Part shown: piece by piece, positions 35,476 through 44,762 of the stretch
How the letters are laid out: the number at the start of each line of letters is the position of its first letter
How positions within the stretch are numbered: the first letter of the stretch is position 1
DNA from: a virus
Taxonomy: Duplodnaviria; Caudoviricetes
Length of the DNA: 64,000 nt
IMG/VR virus record: IMGVR_UViG_2209111019_000003
Location: 1 to 64,000 of that record
Direction: 5' to 3' (one strand)
Notes under the pieces: generated by a model
What the model saw: the letters and a program-made list of their open reading frames with translations, nothing else
Told to the model about the DNA's origin: nothing
Database searches by the model: none
Position numbers and translations under genes: made by a program

Positions 35476-36110
35476 GTGGTGACTCCTGTCGGGAGGGCGG
35501 CATCACCCCGGCCGGGGATGCCGCTGCTATTCAAACCGTGGTGGCTCCACGACCAGGTGCGCCTCGGAATGTGCATGATGCGGGCCCCGGCCTGGGCGCA
35601 ACCGACGGTGAACTGAAAGTCCTCGCCGAAGTGCTGCCCATCGATGAGCGCCCTGTCAGGGACGTCCTGGAAGCCCACAGCCTTGGCGAGGTCGGTGCGG
35701 ACGAGCGTGGTGATCGTCGTCTGGTGCGGGGCCGCGTTGTTGAAGGGCTTCCCGAAGTGCCCGAGGGGGTCGTTGCCGGGCCACGGGCGGCCTGCCGCGT
35801 CGTGGACCATGTAGTAGGAGTAGACGTACTGGGCCCGGTAGATGTGCGCTCCGGCGGCGAGGACCCGCAGGTGCTCGGGGTAGAACCAGTCGTCGCTGTC
35901 GAGGAACGCCACCCATTCGGTGCGCACGGCGTCCAGGGCGCGCTGCCGGGTGACGGCGGCGCCGGCCCCGGCGTAGTCCACGGCGACGCTGATGTCCGCC
36001 GCAGGGTGCAGCTGGGCTTCCACGCTGGCCGCGGCCCGGTCAAGCATGCCGTTCGCCACCCGCGCCGGATGAGCGGGAATGCAGACGGTGATGTCGAGGT
36101 GCTGGGTCAT
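35472..36110 (-). CDS. Glycosyltransferase family 2 (GT-A)
   Basis: 'ITVCIPAH', 'GAAVTRQ', 'WVAFLDSDD' DxD motif, 'GEDFQF'. Confidence 0.88.
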   Translation of the reverse strand: MTQHLDITVCIPAHPARVANGMLDRAAASVEAQLHPAADISVAVDYAGAGAAVTRQRALDAVRTEWVAFLDSDDWFYPEHLRVLAAGAHIYRAQYVYSYYMVHDAAGRPWPGNDPLGHFGKPFNNAAPHQTTITTLVRTDLAKAVGFQDVPDRALIDGQHFGEDFQFTVGCAQAGARIMHIPRRTWSWSHHGLNSSGIPGRGDAALPTGVTT

Positions 36111-36298
36111 CTGTCAGCCGCCTCCTGCCAGGAGGTGTAGTCGTGGAGCTTGGCGGTCGCTTCCAGGCAGACCATCGCCGCTGCAAAGTGGGCCTGGGCC
36201 ACGGCGACGCGCGCCATGGCCTTGCTGTCGTAGTTGACGTTCACGTCCACGCAGGCCAGTTCCCGCTTGCCCGCCTTCAGGTGCTCCGGGCCGGTCAT
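36107..36298 (-). CDS. Small hypothetical protein
   Basis: 'MTGPEH...AQAHFAAA'; ATGA overlaps. Confidence 0.55.
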   Translation of the reverse strand: MTGPEHLKAGKRELACVDVNVNYDSKAMARVAVAQAHFAAAMVCLEATAKLHDYTSWQEAADR

Positions 36299-37188
36299 TC
36301 CGCCACCGCCTTGAGGGCCCGCTGGATGCCCTCGTCGAGGCCGACGCGGGGTTCGTAGAAGCCGAGCATCCGCTGGTTGTCGCACACCCGGTGGTGGACG
36401 CCCTGTGGGGCCGCCGGCAGGTGCTTGATCTGCGGCGAGTACCCGGCGGCATCGGTCACGTAGGACGCGAGGTCGTTGAACGTCGTGGCCCGCCCCCAGC
36501 CGAGGTTGACCGGGCCCGTGACGCCCTGCTCCAGCCCGGCGAAGACGGCGCCGACCAGGTCGTCGATGTGGATCCAGTCGCGGGTGGACCGTCCGTCGCC
36601 CCAGATCTCGAACGGATCCTCCCTGCGGGCGGCCCGGCCGATGAACGCCGGGAACGGGTAGCAGTCGTCCTGGTCCTCGCCGTAGCCACTGAAGGGGCGC
36701 GGGATCAGTAGGCGGCAGCCCTCCGCGTCCGCATACCGGGCCAACTGCTCCCCGGTGAGCTTCGCCAGCCCGTAGGTGGCGTCCGCGGGCCGCAGGTTGT
36801 CGAGGTCGATGTCCGACTCGCGGAGCCGGCGGATCGGCCCGGGCTGCTGGAGCTCCACCGGGTAGGCGGCGCTGCTGGAGAAGTAGACGGCGCGCGGGGT
36901 TTTCGACTTGACGAGCCACCGCATGTACCAGGCGTCCAACGCCAGGTTCGTGGCCACGGCAAGGGGGCTGCCGTCGATGGCGGCCCGGCCGCCGATGTTC
37001 GCCGCACAGTGGATCGCCAGGTCGTTGCGCTGCTCCGCGTACTGGAAGAACGTCAACGCGTCCATGCGCTTGACGCCGGGGGCTTCGCGCAGGTCGATGG
37101 CGATCACGTCGTCGCCCCGGTCCAGGAGCGCCCGGTGCAGGTGGCGGCCCACGAACCCGGCAGCGCCGCTCAGGAGGACTTTCATCAC
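36295..37188 (-). CDS. NAD-dependent NDP-sugar epimerase/dehydratase
   Basis: GAAGFVG Rossmann motif, 'SSSAAY', YGLAK (YxxxK), 'RDWIHIDD'. Confidence 0.92.
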   Translation of the reverse strand: MMKVLLSGAAGFVGRHLHRALLDRGDDVIAIDLREAPGVKRMDALTFFQYAEQRNDLAIHCAANIGGRAAIDGSPLAVATNLALDAWYMRWLVKSKTPRAVYFSSSAAYPVELQQPGPIRRLRESDIDLDNLRPADATYGLAKLTGEQLARYADAEGCRLLIPRPFSGYGEDQDDCYPFPAFIGRAARREDPFEIWGDGRSTRDWIHIDDLVGAVFAGLEQGVTGPVNLGWGRATTFNDLASYVTDAAGYSPQIKHLPAAPQGVHHRVCDNQRMLGFYEPRVGLDEGIQRALKAVAE

Positions 37189-37385
37189 TGCCCCCAGTAG
37201 GCGTTGAAGTCGACCACGTAGAGGCCGCCGTTCTCCTCGGACCAGCAGACTGTCAGGTCAGCCCCAAGGGAGGTCGTCAGCTTCATCGGCTCCCAGCGGA
37301 AGCCCGTCCTGCGGGCCTGCTCGGTGAGGACTTCGAGCACGTGCGACAGTTCCGCCGCCTCGTCGTCGGTCATGTAGGCGGTCAT
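37185..37385 (-). CDS. Small hypothetical protein
   Basis: Coupled overlaps on both sides. Confidence 0.5.
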   Translation of the reverse strand: MTAYMTDDEAAELSHVLEVLTEQARRTGFRWEPMKLTTSLGADLTVCWSEENGGLYVVDFNAYWGQ

Positions 37386-37996
37386 CGCTGCTCCCCGAGT
37401 ACGACTTGGAACTGCCCGACGGTCTCGTGCCGGACGACGGTGAACCCGCCCTGCTCGATCAGCGCTCGGTATCCGTCCTGGTCGAAACCCCAGGCGTGAC
37501 ACTCGTCGTGCGACTCCGGGGTCTCGTTCCACGGGGAGGAGGCGATCAGGTAGTCAGATCGGGTGCCGATCCACCGGACGACCTCGTGGGGGTCGGCCAG
37601 GTGTTCCAAGACCTCCGTGGTCACGCTGATGTCTCCGAGGGCAACGTTCGGCCTGTCCGCCCCGAATACGTCGGCTCGGTAAGCCCGAACCCCTCGCTCT
37701 CGCCAGCCAGCCTCGTTTGACGGCTGGAAGTCGTAGCCCCACGAGTAGAGGCCCGAGACGCTGTTGAGCAGGGACAGGAGGCCTCCGTCGCCGCAGCCCA
37801 GATCGGAGAGCCTCACGATGTCGTCCCGTGACGACACGCATTTCTGCAACGCCTGGATCGCGAACTCGGCAGCTTTCTCCAGCCGGCCGCGGTGGATGGG
37901 CTGTTCGAGGTGCGGGGCCCGCTCCCGGTGCCGGTGGAACTCCGGGGTGCTGACGTGCGGGGTCTCGCCGTCGGGGAAGAACCGGTACTCAGCCAT
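37382..37996 (-). CDS. Class I SAM-dependent methyltransferase
   Basis: 'DLGCGDG', 'EVLEHLADP'. Confidence 0.88.
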   Translation of the reverse strand: MAEYRFFPDGETPHVSTPEFHRHRERAPHLEQPIHRGRLEKAAEFAIQALQKCVSSRDDIVRLSDLGCGDGGLLSLLNSVSGLYSWGYDFQPSNEAGWRERGVRAYRADVFGADRPNVALGDISVTTEVLEHLADPHEVVRWIGTRSDYLIASSPWNETPESHDECHAWGFDQDGYRALIEQGGFTVVRHETVGQFQVVLGEQR

Positions 37997-37999
37997 GGG

Positions 38000-38203
38000 T
38001 CAGTCCCCGTTCCGGTCGTTGATCAGGTACGACTGCGTGTCCTGGTCCCAACCGAGGGCGAGCACGTTGCCGTCGATGCCGAGTTGGCCGTTGCCGTAGG
38101 GCATCAGGTCCACACCGGTTTCCTTGGTCATCTCGCTCATTGCGTCGAGCGCGGCTGCGACCTTGCGCATCTGCTCGGAGGTCAGGTTCAGGGGAGCGCT
38201 CAC
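38000..38203 (-). CDS. Small hypothetical protein
   Basis: RBS AAGGAGG. Confidence 0.55.
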   Translation of the reverse strand: MSAPLNLTSEQMRKVAAALDAMSEMTKETGVDLMPYGNGQLGIDGNVLALGWDQDTQSYLINDRNGD

Positions 38204-38406
38204 GAGGTCGCCTCCTTGTGCTCGTCGGCGATGTGGCGGTCCATCTCGCGGTTGGCGGCCTCCTGGCTGTGCAGGTCGCGTCCCACCCAGCCTTCACAGT
38301 TCAGGTCGCCCCAGCAGCGCCAGCCCCACATCTGCTTGCCGTGATCGTCGATGTGCGTGAAGAGCTGGGGCGGCTCGTAGGCGTCCGGTCGCGTCTGCTC
38401 AGCCAC
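38200..38406 (-). CDS. Small Cys/His protein
   Basis: RBS AAGGAG before GTG; 'WGWRC....C...H...H'. Confidence 0.5.
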   Translation of the reverse strand: MAEQTRPDAYEPPQLFTHIDDHGKQMWGWRCWGDLNCEGWVGRDLHSQEAANREMDRHIADEHKEATS

Positions 38407-39091
38407 GGCGGTACTCCTTGATCTGCCGGACCCAGTCGGGGAGCGTCTCGGCCTGCCACTGCTCGAACACGGCGCGGTCGGCGTCCATGAGCGCGTCGGT
38501 GTTGCACTCGGCGTAGCCCGCGTCCCAGGCGGCCTTTCCGGCGATGGGGTGCTGGTGTTCGACGACAACGTCCGGCAGGTACGTGATCGCACCGAGCGCG
38601 TTGCCGATGGCGAGCCACGCGTTGTCGATCCACAGGTGGACGATGCCCGGCGGCACCATGTGCCCGGTCGCCAGGACGATGTCCGACGTCATCGCCACCT
38701 GCGTGGGGAGCGCCTGCCCCTGGATCAGGTCATTGCCGTACACGAGACCCGTGCCGAGGCGGCCCAGCTCCTGCATGTAGGCCGTGTCCCAGCCGCGGGT
38801 ACGGGGCCGGTGATCGTCCCCCATGAACGCGACAGCCTCGCCGCGGGCCGCCCACTTGGGCCCGGCGACGTTCAGGGTGCCGCCGAGACGCAGCCGGGGC
38901 CCGGTCTCCAGCCGGAAGAACGGCTCGTCGAACAGCCGGTCGGCCAGCGTCTGGTAGCCGGGGAGCTCCGGGTCGTCGAGGTCGACACAGGCGACGAGCC
39001 GAGTGTCCCCGTCGCACGTCTCCTCAAAGGACGACCACAGTTCGGCGAGGTTCTGGGGCCGGCCACGAGTCGGCACGATCACGGTCAGCAT
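38399..39091 (-). CDS. Glycosyltransferase family 2 (GT-A)
   Basis: 'VIVPTRGRP', 'FMGDDH', 'VEHQHP'. Confidence 0.85.
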   Translation of the reverse strand: MLTVIVPTRGRPQNLAELWSSFEETCDGDTRLVACVDLDDPELPGYQTLADRLFDEPFFRLETGPRLRLGGTLNVAGPKWAARGEAVAFMGDDHRPRTRGWDTAYMQELGRLGTGLVYGNDLIQGQALPTQVAMTSDIVLATGHMVPPGIVHLWIDNAWLAIGNALGAITYLPDVVVEHQHPIAGKAAWDAGYAECNTDALMDADRAVFEQWQAETLPDWVRQIKEYRRG

Positions 39092-39456
39092 GGCGGCTCC
39101 CGGTCGGTCGGGGTGGTAGCGGCGGCCAGCAAGTCGTTGAGGCGCTGGACCTCACGCATCCACTCCAGGACGGAATGGGTTGAGACGTGTGCTTCGATGC
39201 GAGCTTCGACTCGGGTCGCGCGCTGAAGCATCGCCCGTCCTACGAGGGGCGCAACGAGGTCAGCGAAACCGGTGAAGCGCGGCGGCTCGGCTGCGAGTTC
39301 GGGCGCGGTTCGGTAGCCCATGACGGGGTGGTAGGCGGGATCGTCGGCCGCCGGGTTGCGGACGATCTGGAGCGCTTCGTCTGCCGTCGGATCGGGTTCA
39401 TCGTGATGCCAGCCGCAGTCGGGGAGCGGGCACAGGTAGCGGGTGGTGGGCGTCAC
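39085..39456 (-). CDS. Hypothetical C2H2-type zinc-binding protein
   Basis: 'YLCPLPDCGW' and 'HVSTH'; GTGA overlap. Confidence 0.55.
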   Translation of the reverse strand: MTPTTRYLCPLPDCGWHHDEPDPTADEALQIVRNPAADDPAYHPVMGYRTAPELAAEPPRFTGFADLVAPLVGRAMLQRATRVEARIEAHVSTHSVLEWMREVQRLNDLLAAATTPTDREPPC

Positions 39457-40526
39457 GTGAGGGCCTTCTTCCAGTCGTCGCCGTGCTGTTCGATCGTCCA
39501 GTCGGCTGCGCGCTCGCGGGCGTTGGCGCCCATTTCGGCCCGCATGTCGGGGTCCTCGACGAGGGCCCGCAGGTGCTTGCCCCACTCGTGGTCCGAACGG
39601 ACCAGGAACCCCGTGACGCCGTGCTGCACGAACTCCGCGTAGGGCCCGTAGTCGGACGCGACGACAGGGATGCCAAGGAACGCAGCCTCGACGACGCGGA
39701 GGGGGCTCTTGCTGGCGTTGAAGCGGTGGGCCCGCAACGGCGCGAGCATGATGTCGTAGTCGATGGCCCGCCAGTAGTCCGGGACGGACTCGGTCCAGCC
39801 GGTGACGCGGACCCGCTGCCGGGGCAGCCGGAACTCCTGGCTGTAGTCGGCGCCCATGACGTGGAACTCCACCCAGTCCGGGGCCCGGTCGAGGTAGCGG
39901 CGTACTTGCTGGCCGCATTCCTGCCAGTCCATGCGGTGCGTGGACGAGCCGCCCCAGCCGATGACGACACGGCCGGCGCGATGGGGCCGCTGGTGGTCCA
40001 ACAGCCAGCGCGGCAGGTAGTTGGGCAGGACGTGGACGTTCGCGTTGAGGGGGCGGATCAGGTCGGCCAACGGCTCGGTGGTGACGGTGACAGCGTCGGC
40101 GACCCGGATGTTCGCGTCGAGGTTGGCGCGGACCTGGGGGTCGCCGAAGAACGCGTGGGCGCGCTCGGACTGGTGCTCGATGTCCCACAGGTTGTCGTCG
40201 ATCTCGAACACGAGCCGGGGCCGGTGCTTGCGGCGGGCGAGGGTCTGCCACATCTCGGTCGGTCCGGCCAGGCAGATCCGCTGACCGATGAGGGTGCGCG
40301 GGAGCCGGTTCGTGTCCAGCCGTTCGGACCAGCCGGTGCGCAGCCCGTGCTCCCGCAACTCGGTGAGCGGCGTCATGATCCGGATATGGCCGCAACCGGT
40401 ACGGTCCGCCAGCCAGCCGTACACGTCCAGGGGGGGCAAGTTGGCCTGAAGCTCTGCCGCCATGACGCGAGCGGCTCTCCGGCGGTCGGTCGGATCGCTG
40501 AAGTCGAACTCCTGGACGGCACTCAC
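39453..40526 (-). CDS. Glycosyltransferase family 4-like (GT-B)
   Basis: 'FEIDDNLW', 'IGWGGSSTH', 'FNASKSPLRVVEAAFLGIPVVASD...HGVTGFL'. Confidence 0.9.
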   Translation of the reverse strand: MSAVQEFDFSDPTDRRRAARVMAAELQANLPPLDVYGWLADRTGCGHIRIMTPLTELREHGLRTGWSERLDTNRLPRTLIGQRICLAGPTEMWQTLARRKHRPRLVFEIDDNLWDIEHQSERAHAFFGDPQVRANLDANIRVADAVTVTTEPLADLIRPLNANVHVLPNYLPRWLLDHQRPHRAGRVVIGWGGSSTHRMDWQECGQQVRRYLDRAPDWVEFHVMGADYSQEFRLPRQRVRVTGWTESVPDYWRAIDYDIMLAPLRAHRFNASKSPLRVVEAAFLGIPVVASDYGPYAEFVQHGVTGFLVRSDHEWGKHLRALVEDPDMRAEMGANARERAADWTIEQHGDDWKKALT

Positions 40527-41080
40527 GAGGGCCGCCCTTCCTGGTTGATGATCGAGTTCCCGTGGCTGCTTGCCGGCGCTACTCCTTCGCGCCGGGCGCG
40601 GGTCAACCAGCCGCGCACTGTGCCCGAGGCGACGCTGTGCTTTTCCGCCATGGCCTGCGCGGGGTTTCTGTTGCCCGTCACCTGAAGCTGCACGTACTCG
40701 CGCGCGACGCTCGCCAGAAAGACGAGGCTCCGACGCCGACGGAGGGCATTGCCTCTGAGCGCTCCGTCAAGCTCGGGGAAGAGCCGACTGACCAACGCTT
40801 CCGGCTCAAGGTCGCTCGTTCCGTCCAGGTATGAAGTCAGTGCCTGTGCGGCGAGATCCTCTAGCCGGGCGAAGGGGGTGCTGTTCAACTGGAAGGCCCA
40901 GTTGCGGGGGCCTCCCATGTCGGTGGGGTTGCGGCGGACTTCGACTCCGTCCAAGCGTGCTCGCGGATCTAGGTCGTAGGTGAAGGTGACCGTGTCCTTG
41001 CCGTCATTGGCGAGGAGCGTGACGTGAGCTTGTTCGCCGTCGTCGCTGATCACGACGGCGGTGGTCAGCGGGGCAGTCAT
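40523..41080 (-). CDS. Hypothetical protein with C-terminal HTH (DUF6214-like)
   Basis: 'PAQAMAEKHSVASGTVRGWLTRARREG'; atypical codon usage. Confidence 0.65.
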   Translation of the reverse strand: MTAPLTTAVVISDDGEQAHVTLLANDGKDTVTFTYDLDPRARLDGVEVRRNPTDMGGPRNWAFQLNSTPFARLEDLAAQALTSYLDGTSDLEPEALVSRLFPELDGALRGNALRRRRSLVFLASVAREYVQLQVTGNRNPAQAMAEKHSVASGTVRGWLTRARREGVAPASSHGNSIINQEGRPS

Positions 41081-41625
41081 GCGGCACTCCGAAACTCGGT
41101 GTGCGCGTCGCGGGCATGCTTCAAGCCAGCGATAAAGCTCTCTAGCTCGTCAGTGAGCAGGAACCACTCGCCGCCTACGCGGAGATGATCGAACCGGTGG
41201 TGTAGCCATTGCTCGTTGCTCTCGCCGGCGCCGGGGATTGTGGCCAGCAGTCGCACGGGACCCACGGTCATTCCCTCGATCATGCATGATCCGGCGCTGA
41301 TGGCTTTGATGCGCTTCTCAAGATCGCACGAGTATCCGATCTTGACGAATCCGTCCCGTTCGACGAAGTAGACGAGCGACCTTGCCTGACGTTCCGCCCT
41401 GCGCTTCAAGCTGTTGGCATACGCGACGCCCTTAAGGGCGGACTCCGCCACTTCCTTCACGGCCTCGTCGTGGCGATCCCGGGGAAGGCGGATGGCATTC
41501 TCAATCGAGTCGAGGAGCATGTTCTTGTGCTGCCAGCAGACTGTGAGGTAGGCGAGGAACGGAGTGCCCTCTCGGCGGCAGCGCTGGCCATCGCTCACTG
41601 GCCAGTTGCAACGCTGGGCGCTCAC
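41077..41625 (-). CDS. GIY-YIG-superfamily nuclease (T5orf172/MUG113-like)
   Basis: 'VYF...VKIGYS...R...E..LHHRF....GEWF'. Confidence 0.85.
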   Translation of the reverse strand: MSAQRCNWPVSDGQRCRREGTPFLAYLTVCWQHKNMLLDSIENAIRLPRDRHDEAVKEVAESALKGVAYANSLKRRAERQARSLVYFVERDGFVKIGYSCDLEKRIKAISAGSCMIEGMTVGPVRLLATIPGAGESNEQWLHHRFDHLRVGGEWFLLTDELESFIAGLKHARDAHTEFRSAA

Positions 41626-42359
41626 CGCCCTTCCTCGTTCCGCGTGTGCTGCTCGTTCAGTTGGGCCGCACGCCGGTCCGGTTCCCGGTCGTCTTCCTTG
41701 GGCGAGTTCACCCGCGCCGCCCGCTTGGCGTCGCCGATGGCAACCTTGTACCCGTGCAGGTAGCCGGACGGGTCCGGGTGTTGTGCGTCCATCACCTCGG
41801 GATGCGTGGGCAGGCTCCGGACCTTGGTGAGCGCGCTGTCGTACTCGCTGGCCTGCTGCGCGTGTTCGCAGGAGTCGATGTGCGGCGGCCAGCCTTCGGT
41901 GAGCCATGCGGGTGCAACCCCGTGATCCGTCCAGCCGCAGTGCTTCTGCCCGATCTCGTAGCCGTGCCGCGCCCAGTTCCGGGCCTCGTCCAGTAGACCC
42001 TGCGCCGAGCCGACGACGTCGATGGACTCGTCGTCCGGGATCCCGAACGCTTCACACAGGGCTGTGCGCATCCAGCCGATGAGCTCCTTCAGTCTGCCGA
42101 TCTCGTTGCGGAGGAGCTCTGCCTCTCTGCCGTCGGACGCCGCTGCCGGCTGGTCCGTGCCGACGGCTTCGCGGACGCGCTCGATGATGCGCTCCAGGTC
42201 GCGGACCTGTTCGGCTACGGTCTGCGGCGGCGCGGGCTCCGTGATGCCCTCTTCCGGCTCGCTGTAACCGGGGCACCAGCCGGTGCCATCGGAGCGATCG
42301 TGGGCGTCATGCGGCGAGCCCATTCCCGGGAAGTAGCAAGGCTTGCTCTGGTCTTTCAT
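41622..42359 (-). CDS. Hypothetical protein, first gene of the leftward operon
   Basis: RBS GGAGG; coiled-coil segment. Confidence 0.6.
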   Translation of the reverse strand: MKDQSKPCYFPGMGSPHDAHDRSDGTGWCPGYSEPEEGITEPAPPQTVAEQVRDLERIIERVREAVGTDQPAAASDGREAELLRNEIGRLKELIGWMRTALCEAFGIPDDESIDVVGSAQGLLDEARNWARHGYEIGQKHCGWTDHGVAPAWLTEGWPPHIDSCEHAQQASEYDSALTKVRSLPTHPEVMDAQHPDPSGYLHGYKVAIGDAKRAARVNSPKEDDREPDRRAAQLNEQHTRNEEGR

Positions 42360-42551
42360 GGTGCCTCCGCGTGCGGGCGGGGTGTGCGGGTTAGGGGCGG
42401 CGGACCGGGACCCGCACGGCCGGGTCCGCCGCCGGGTCGGAGTCCGGACGACCCAAGGCACAGCGTAGCCGTTACCTTTGAATTGTGGGCAGAACCCCTA
42501 CGGAAAGCTACGATTCGTAGGAGTAGCACCCCGAATGCAGGGAGAACCCGC

Positions 42552-43475
42552 ATGACCGCCGCCCACCCCCGCCGCTACGGCCGCAAGCCCCCCAAGCGGG
42601 CCCGAGCGCTACAGCTCTCCCACTTCCTCACCGGTGTCGTCCCCGCCCACCCGGCCGCAGCGGACTACCTCGCCCGCCTGGGCGGCGGCTGGCAGATGCT
42701 CGGCAACGACGCCGCCGGGGACTGCGTCGCCGTCACCTGGGCGAACTTCCGCCGCCTCATGACAGCCCTCGTCACAGGCCGCGAGGTCTACCCGACGCAG
42801 GACCAGGTCTGGGCGGTCTACAAGACGCAGAACCCCGGGTTCGACCCGGCCGGCTCCGCCGACACGAACGGGCCGGGCTCCAGCCACGACCAGGGCATGG
42901 ACATCCAGACCCTGTGTGAGTACCTCGTCAAGCACGGCGGCCCCGACGGCGTGAAGGCCCTCGGGTTCGCGCAGGTCAACGCCCACAACACCGAAGAGGT
43001 CAAGGCTGGCATCGCCCTCTTCGGCGGGGTGTGGGTCGGCATCACCGTCCAGGAGATCAACCAGCAGCAGTTCTCCGAGGGCAAGCCGTGGGACTACTCC
43101 CGGACGTCTCCGGACGAGGGCGGCCACTCCGTCCTCGGCGGCGGCTACGGGTCGGGGGGTGCCGGGCCGCTCGGTGGAGACGAGAAGTTCATCACCTGGG
43201 CCGAGGAGACCTCGTTCACCGACGCCTTCTGGACGCACGAGACGGGCGAGGTGTGGGTCGTCATCTGGCCCGAGCACCTGAAGGACGCCGCGTTCCTGGC
43301 CGGCGTCGACATGCACGCCTTCGCCGCTGCCTACACGGTCATCACCAACGGCAAGCCGTTCCCGGTCGTCATTCCGCCGACTCCGGCGCCGACTCCGGCC
43401 CCGACGCCGGGCGACGTCGACAAGGCCATGGCCGCAGCGGCGAAGACCTGGCTCACCGCGAAGGGACTGTCGTGA
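42552..43475 (+). CDS. Papain-like cysteine peptidase
   Basis: 'MLGNDAAGDCV' (Cys), 'GGHSVL' (His), 'ITW'; RBS AGGGAG; coupled to the endolysin. Confidence 0.7.
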   Translation: MTAAHPRRYGRKPPKRARALQLSHFLTGVVPAHPAAADYLARLGGGWQMLGNDAAGDCVAVTWANFRRLMTALVTGREVYPTQDQVWAVYKTQNPGFDPAGSADTNGPGSSHDQGMDIQTLCEYLVKHGGPDGVKALGFAQVNAHNTEEVKAGIALFGGVWVGITVQEINQQQFSEGKPWDYSRTSPDEGGHSVLGGGYGSGGAGPLGGDEKFITWAEETSFTDAFWTHETGEVWVVIWPEHLKDAAFLAGVDMHAFAAAYTVITNGKPFPVVIPPTPAPTPAPTPGDVDKAMAAAAKTWLTAKGLS

Positions 43476-44356
43476 CTGTCTACGGCATAGACATCGCCTC
43501 CTACCAGGCGACGACGTTCAACACGACGAACCTCGGCTTCGTCATGGTGAAGGCCACGGAGGGCACCGGGTACGTCAACCCGCATCACGACGCGCAGATC
43601 GCCTACGGCCGCAGCCACAACCTGATCCCCGGGCACTACCACTTCCAGCGGCCCGGGTCCCCGACGGCGCAGGCCGCGTTCTTCCTGCAGCACGCCCGCC
43701 CCCAGGCGGGCGACATCCTGGCCTGCGACTGGGAAGACCAGGGCGTCTCCGACGACGCGAAGGACGCGTTCATCCGTGCCGTTCGTGCCGCACATCCGCA
43801 TCTGCGGACGCTCCTGTACTGCGACCTGTCGTTCTGGCTCGACCGGGACCGGACCGGGTTCTACGGGGACGGGCTGTGGATTGCCGACCCCGAGGCCGCC
43901 ATCGGCCACCCCCGCGTCACCGCGCCGTGGACCATGCACCAGTACGGCATCCAGGGCACCGACCGGGACGTCGCCAACTTCCCGGACCTCGCGGCGATGC
44001 GCGCCTGGGCCAACGGCACGAAGCCGCCGGCACCGAAGCCGAACCCCAAGCCGCTCGTCGCGGCCAAGAGCGTGCGGCTGCACGTCGCCGTGTGGGCGGC
44101 CACCCACTCCGCTGTCGACGAGCGGCGCTACCCGCAGAACGAGCCCGAGACCTACGCCATCCAGCGGGCCCTCGTCGCCAACAAGCACCTCACCGCAGGC
44201 CACTTCATTCCGGGGATCTTCGACACCCCCACCCTGCTCGGCTACAAGGCCGAGCAGGAGGCGCAGGGCTACCGCGGCAAGGCCGCCGACGGCATCCCCG
44301 GCCTCAAGTCCCTCACCCACCTCGGCAGGCAGCACGGCTTCACCGTCGCCGCCTAA
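43472..44356 (+). CDS. Endolysin, GH25 lysozyme with C-terminal peptidoglycan-binding domain
   Basis: 'GIDIASYQ', 'KATEGTGYVNP', 'GHYHF', 'DWE', 'ADGIPG'. Confidence 0.92.
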   Translation: MTVYGIDIASYQATTFNTTNLGFVMVKATEGTGYVNPHHDAQIAYGRSHNLIPGHYHFQRPGSPTAQAAFFLQHARPQAGDILACDWEDQGVSDDAKDAFIRAVRAAHPHLRTLLYCDLSFWLDRDRTGFYGDGLWIADPEAAIGHPRVTAPWTMHQYGIQGTDRDVANFPDLAAMRAWANGTKPPAPKPNPKPLVAAKSVRLHVAVWAATHSAVDERRYPQNEPETYAIQRALVANKHLTAGHFIPGIFDTPTLLGYKAEQEAQGYRGKAADGIPGLKSLTHLGRQHGFTVAA

Positions 44357-44383
44357 CCCTCACCCACAGAAACGGAACCCGCC

Positions 44384-44761
44384 ATGAAGATCCTCGGAAG
44401 AGAACCGGTGTACTGGCTCACCGCCGTCGCGGTCCTCCTCAAGCTCGTCGCGGCCTACGGCATCGACGTCTCCGACAACCAGCAGGCCACGATCAACGCC
44501 GTCCTGGCCGCGGCCGTCGGTATCGCCTCCGCCGTCGTCCTCAAGAGCGGGGCCCTCGCAGCGGCGATCCTGAACTTCGGGCAGGCAGGCATCGCCTTGT
44601 TCGTCGCGTTCGGTCTCAACATGGACGCCCACCAGCAGGGCCTCATCATGTCCGGCATCGCCACCGTCCTGGCGCTCGTCCTGCACGAGCAGGTCACCGC
44701 GCCGGTGCCGACGGTGCCGCTGGAACAGAGGTCTGCGGTCAAGTCTGTGCAGGGCGTCTGA
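44384..44761 (+). CDS. Holin
   Basis: 'MKILGREP', four hydrophobic segments, follows the endolysin. Confidence 0.8.
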   Translation: MKILGREPVYWLTAVAVLLKLVAAYGIDVSDNQQATINAVLAAAVGIASAVVLKSGALAAAILNFGQAGIALFVAFGLNMDAHQQGLIMSGIATVLALVLHEQVTAPVPTVPLEQRSAVKSVQGV

Positions 44762-44762
44762 G

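Noticed and set aside
43374-43410. CCGACTCCGGC repeats as a DNA element
   Set aside because: They encode an in-frame PTPA linker
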